In this document: positions 62,168-64,000 of the stretch, one piece after another
How the letters are laid out: the number at the start of each line of letters is the position of its first letter
Numbering within the stretch: the first letter of the stretch is position 1
Assembly: GCA_963674825.1 (NCBI GenBank)
Contig: OY771587.1
Location: 3,616,001-3,680,000, forward strand
DNA length: 64,000 bases
Direction: 5' to 3'
DNA from: Candidatus Cloacimonadales bacterium
GTDB lineage: Bacteria; Cloacimonadota; Cloacimonadia; Cloacimonadales; JAIOQZ01
The notes under the pieces: model-generated
What the model was told of the DNA's origin: nothing
Database searches by the model: none
Seen by the model: only the letters and a program-made list of their open reading frames with translations
Translations under genes and position numbers: made by a program

Positions 62168-64000
62168 TCAGCAGGTATTCTCCCTTATTGCCTGATCAAT
62201 CGTGTCCGGTGCGAGCGGTTCGCTGCAATATTCGCCCTGGATCACCCTGCAACCGTTTTCTTGCAGAAAGCGCTTCTGCACCTCCGTGTGAACACCCGCG
62301 GCAACGGCTCTGGCGTGGATACTTCGCGCAAAACGGATGATCGTGACGATCATATCGTCGATTTTGGACTCAGTTCCGATGCGTTGAATGAAAGATGAAT
62401 CGATCTTGATAATGTGGATTGGGAGGTTGATAAAATGCTGTAATGACAAGTATCCGGTGCCGAATTCAATCAGCGCGATCTCGAAGCCAATCTGTGTGAA
62501 TTGACCGAGAATCTCCGCAGAGAAATCGATATCCTGCAGAATGGTGTTCTCATTTACTCCCAGGATGAAACGATTCCCATCTATAGAGTGCTCTTCCAGT
62601 ATGCGTTGAATATCCTTCGTTAGATTCATATGGAAGAACTGCCCGGCAGCGACGTTGATCTGCACGCGGTCCGTCTTGCCGATATGATTCCACTGGTTCA
62701 GATGATTGCAAGCCATTTCGAACTGATAGAGCAGCAGACGATGGAAGATATCGGTATGCTCATTGGGGTTGAACAAATGTTCCGGGTGGAAAACCGGTTG
62801 CTGAATCTTCTTCCACGTCATGATAGCTTCCAAACCACCGATCCTGCCGCCTTCGAGATCGAAATGCGGCAGGTATTCGATTTCGATATCATGACTATCG
62901 ATTGCTTCCGAAAGCTCAATTGCAGAAACGGGGAACGCACCCGCATCACGGGAAAACTGCGGACTGTAGAAACGGAACTGCTTCTTGCCGCTGTTCTTGG
63001 CTTTATACATTGCGATATCAGCATATTTGATCAAAGCTTCCGCATCGTCGGAATCGTTCGGGTAAAGACTCAGGCCGAGACTGACGGAAATCTCGATCAG
63101 ATGGCTGTTCATTTCGTATGGCCTGGAGATATCGGTCACGATGCGATTTGCCACCACCACCGCGTCTTCCTTGGTCTTGAGGTCAGCCAGAATGATGAGG
63201 AATTCGTCGCCGCCGAAGCGAGACACGGTGTCAACACGGCGAACGCAATGTTCGAAGCGCCTCGCCACCTGCTGCAGAAGTACATCCCCGACATTATGCC
63301 CGTATTTGTCGTTTACCTGCTTAAATCCGTCGAGGTCAGCAAAGAGAACCGCGATCATATTCTTGAAGCGAGATGCGCGCGCAAGATTGTGTACGAGCCG
63401 ATCGAGGCTGAGAACGCGATTGGGCAGTCCTGTCAGCGTGTCGTGATGAGCGATGTGCTGCAATTTTTTTTCGATCAGTTTACGCTCGGTAATATCGGCC
63501 TGAATGCCAACAAGCCTTGTCGGCTGGCCGTCCTCATCCCACACCGCCTGTCCGCGATAGCTAAACCACTTCAAACGCCCATCCTTGCATTTCATGGGGA
63601 TTTCCACATGGAAATGAGCGGTTCTTTTTTGCAAGTAGTCGTCGATCGCGTGTTGAATCGAATCGAGGTCTTTAGGATCGATCAGCATATAGAATGACTG
63701 GATACTCGGTTCAAGTTCACCTGGATGGTATCCAAGGTTCTCCATCCAATGATCGGAGAACATCGTCTCTCCCGTGACAACATTCCAGTCCCAGATACCT
63801 TCATTGGTCGATTTCTGGATCAGTTCCCAGCGCTCTTGGCGCTTGTGCAGTTCGTTCGATTTCTCGTCGAGCACATGTTTGAGCTTATCGCGCTCCTCGC
63901 GAAGCAGGTTGTCGATATTGCGTAAGCGCAGCATGGCCTTGATCTGCGAGATCAGGTCCGGAATCTCGAGCGGCTTTGTAAGAAAGGCATCCGCTCCAGC
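62168..64000 (-). CDS. REC-PAS-GGDEF-EAL protein (5' end beyond window; EAL degenerate)
   Basis: Frame open to the window edge (AGADAFLTKPLEI = REC end); PAS; HDTLTGLPNR, RFGGDEF; EAL-like C-terminus. Confidence 0.92.
   Translation of the reverse strand, partial: AGADAFLTKPLEIPDLISQIKAMLRLRNIDNLLREERDKLKHVLDEKSNELHKRQERWELIQKSTNEGIWDWNVVTGETMFSDHWMENLGYHPGELEPSIQSFYMLIDPKDLDSIQHAIDDYLQKRTAHFHVEIPMKCKDGRLKWFSYRGQAVWDEDGQPTRLVGIQADITERKLIEKKLQHIAHHDTLTGLPNRVLSLDRLVHNLARASRFKNMIAVLFADLDGFKQVNDKYGHNVGDVLLQQVARRFEHCVRRVDTVSRFGGDEFLIILADLKTKEDAVVVANRIVTDISRPYEMNSHLIEISVSLGLSLYPNDSDDAEALIKYADIAMYKAKNSGKKQFRFYSPQFSRDAGAFPVSAIELSEAIDSHDIEIEYLPHFDLEGGRIGGLEAIMTWKKIQQPVFHPEHLFNPNEHTDIFHRLLLYQFEMACNHLNQWNHIGKTDRVQINVAAGQFFHMNLTKDIQRILEEHSIDGNRFILGVNENTILQDIDFSAEILGQFTQIGFEIALIEFGTGYLSLQHFINLPIHIIKIDSSFIQRIGTESKIDDMIVTIIRFARSIHARAVAAGVHTEVQKRFLQENGCRVIQGEYCSEPLAPDTIDQAIRENTC

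Noticed and set aside
16739..64000. Apparent abundance of ATCGAT/CGATCG/TCGA words
   Set aside because: Cannot be counted reliably by eye and is largely expected from ATC-GAT/GAA codon pairs; needs a Markov-corrected k-mer test

Overview
Bacterial chromosomal segment. Nine secreted proteins end in the PNPFNPxTxI...KMxxxK C-terminal (FlgD-Ig/T9SS-sorting-like) domain, which points to an FCB-group organism such as Cloacimonadota (inference). 1-7459: end of a visibly AT-rich island carrying a tight operon of receiver-like proteins, a sigma-54-type activator and membrane proteins. It stops at a 3' fragment of tRNA-Arg (7729-7773) flanked on both sides by 11-bp-periodic GTCAGT arm-type repeats and followed by a broken tyrosine integrase fused to a Cas4-like tail. 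A second, decayed tRNA-fragment plus integrase stub lies at 16379-16678. 9.1-33.7 kb is dominated by large secreted proteins. It includes two divergently oriented paralogues (23205-25295 and 27727-29820) whose 5' ~1.08 kb form a near-perfect inverted repeat, followed by a variable ~250-bp block, around a 2.3-kb central segment; this is a candidate invertible/antigenic-variation locus. Composite hairpin (REP-like) elements sit at its junctions. The rest is mostly core or accessory: Fe-ADH, oligopeptidase B, C25 peptidase, TPR-cyclase, TetR-GlmL fusion, GH57, dCMP deaminase, dtd, a reduced pilM/pilP/secretin-like trio, a hybrid kinase, xth, nth and a REC-PAS-GGDEF-EAL protein. No CRISPR array, rRNA, intact tRNA or reverse transcriptase was seen. 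All product calls are from motif recognition by eye; no database search was run.
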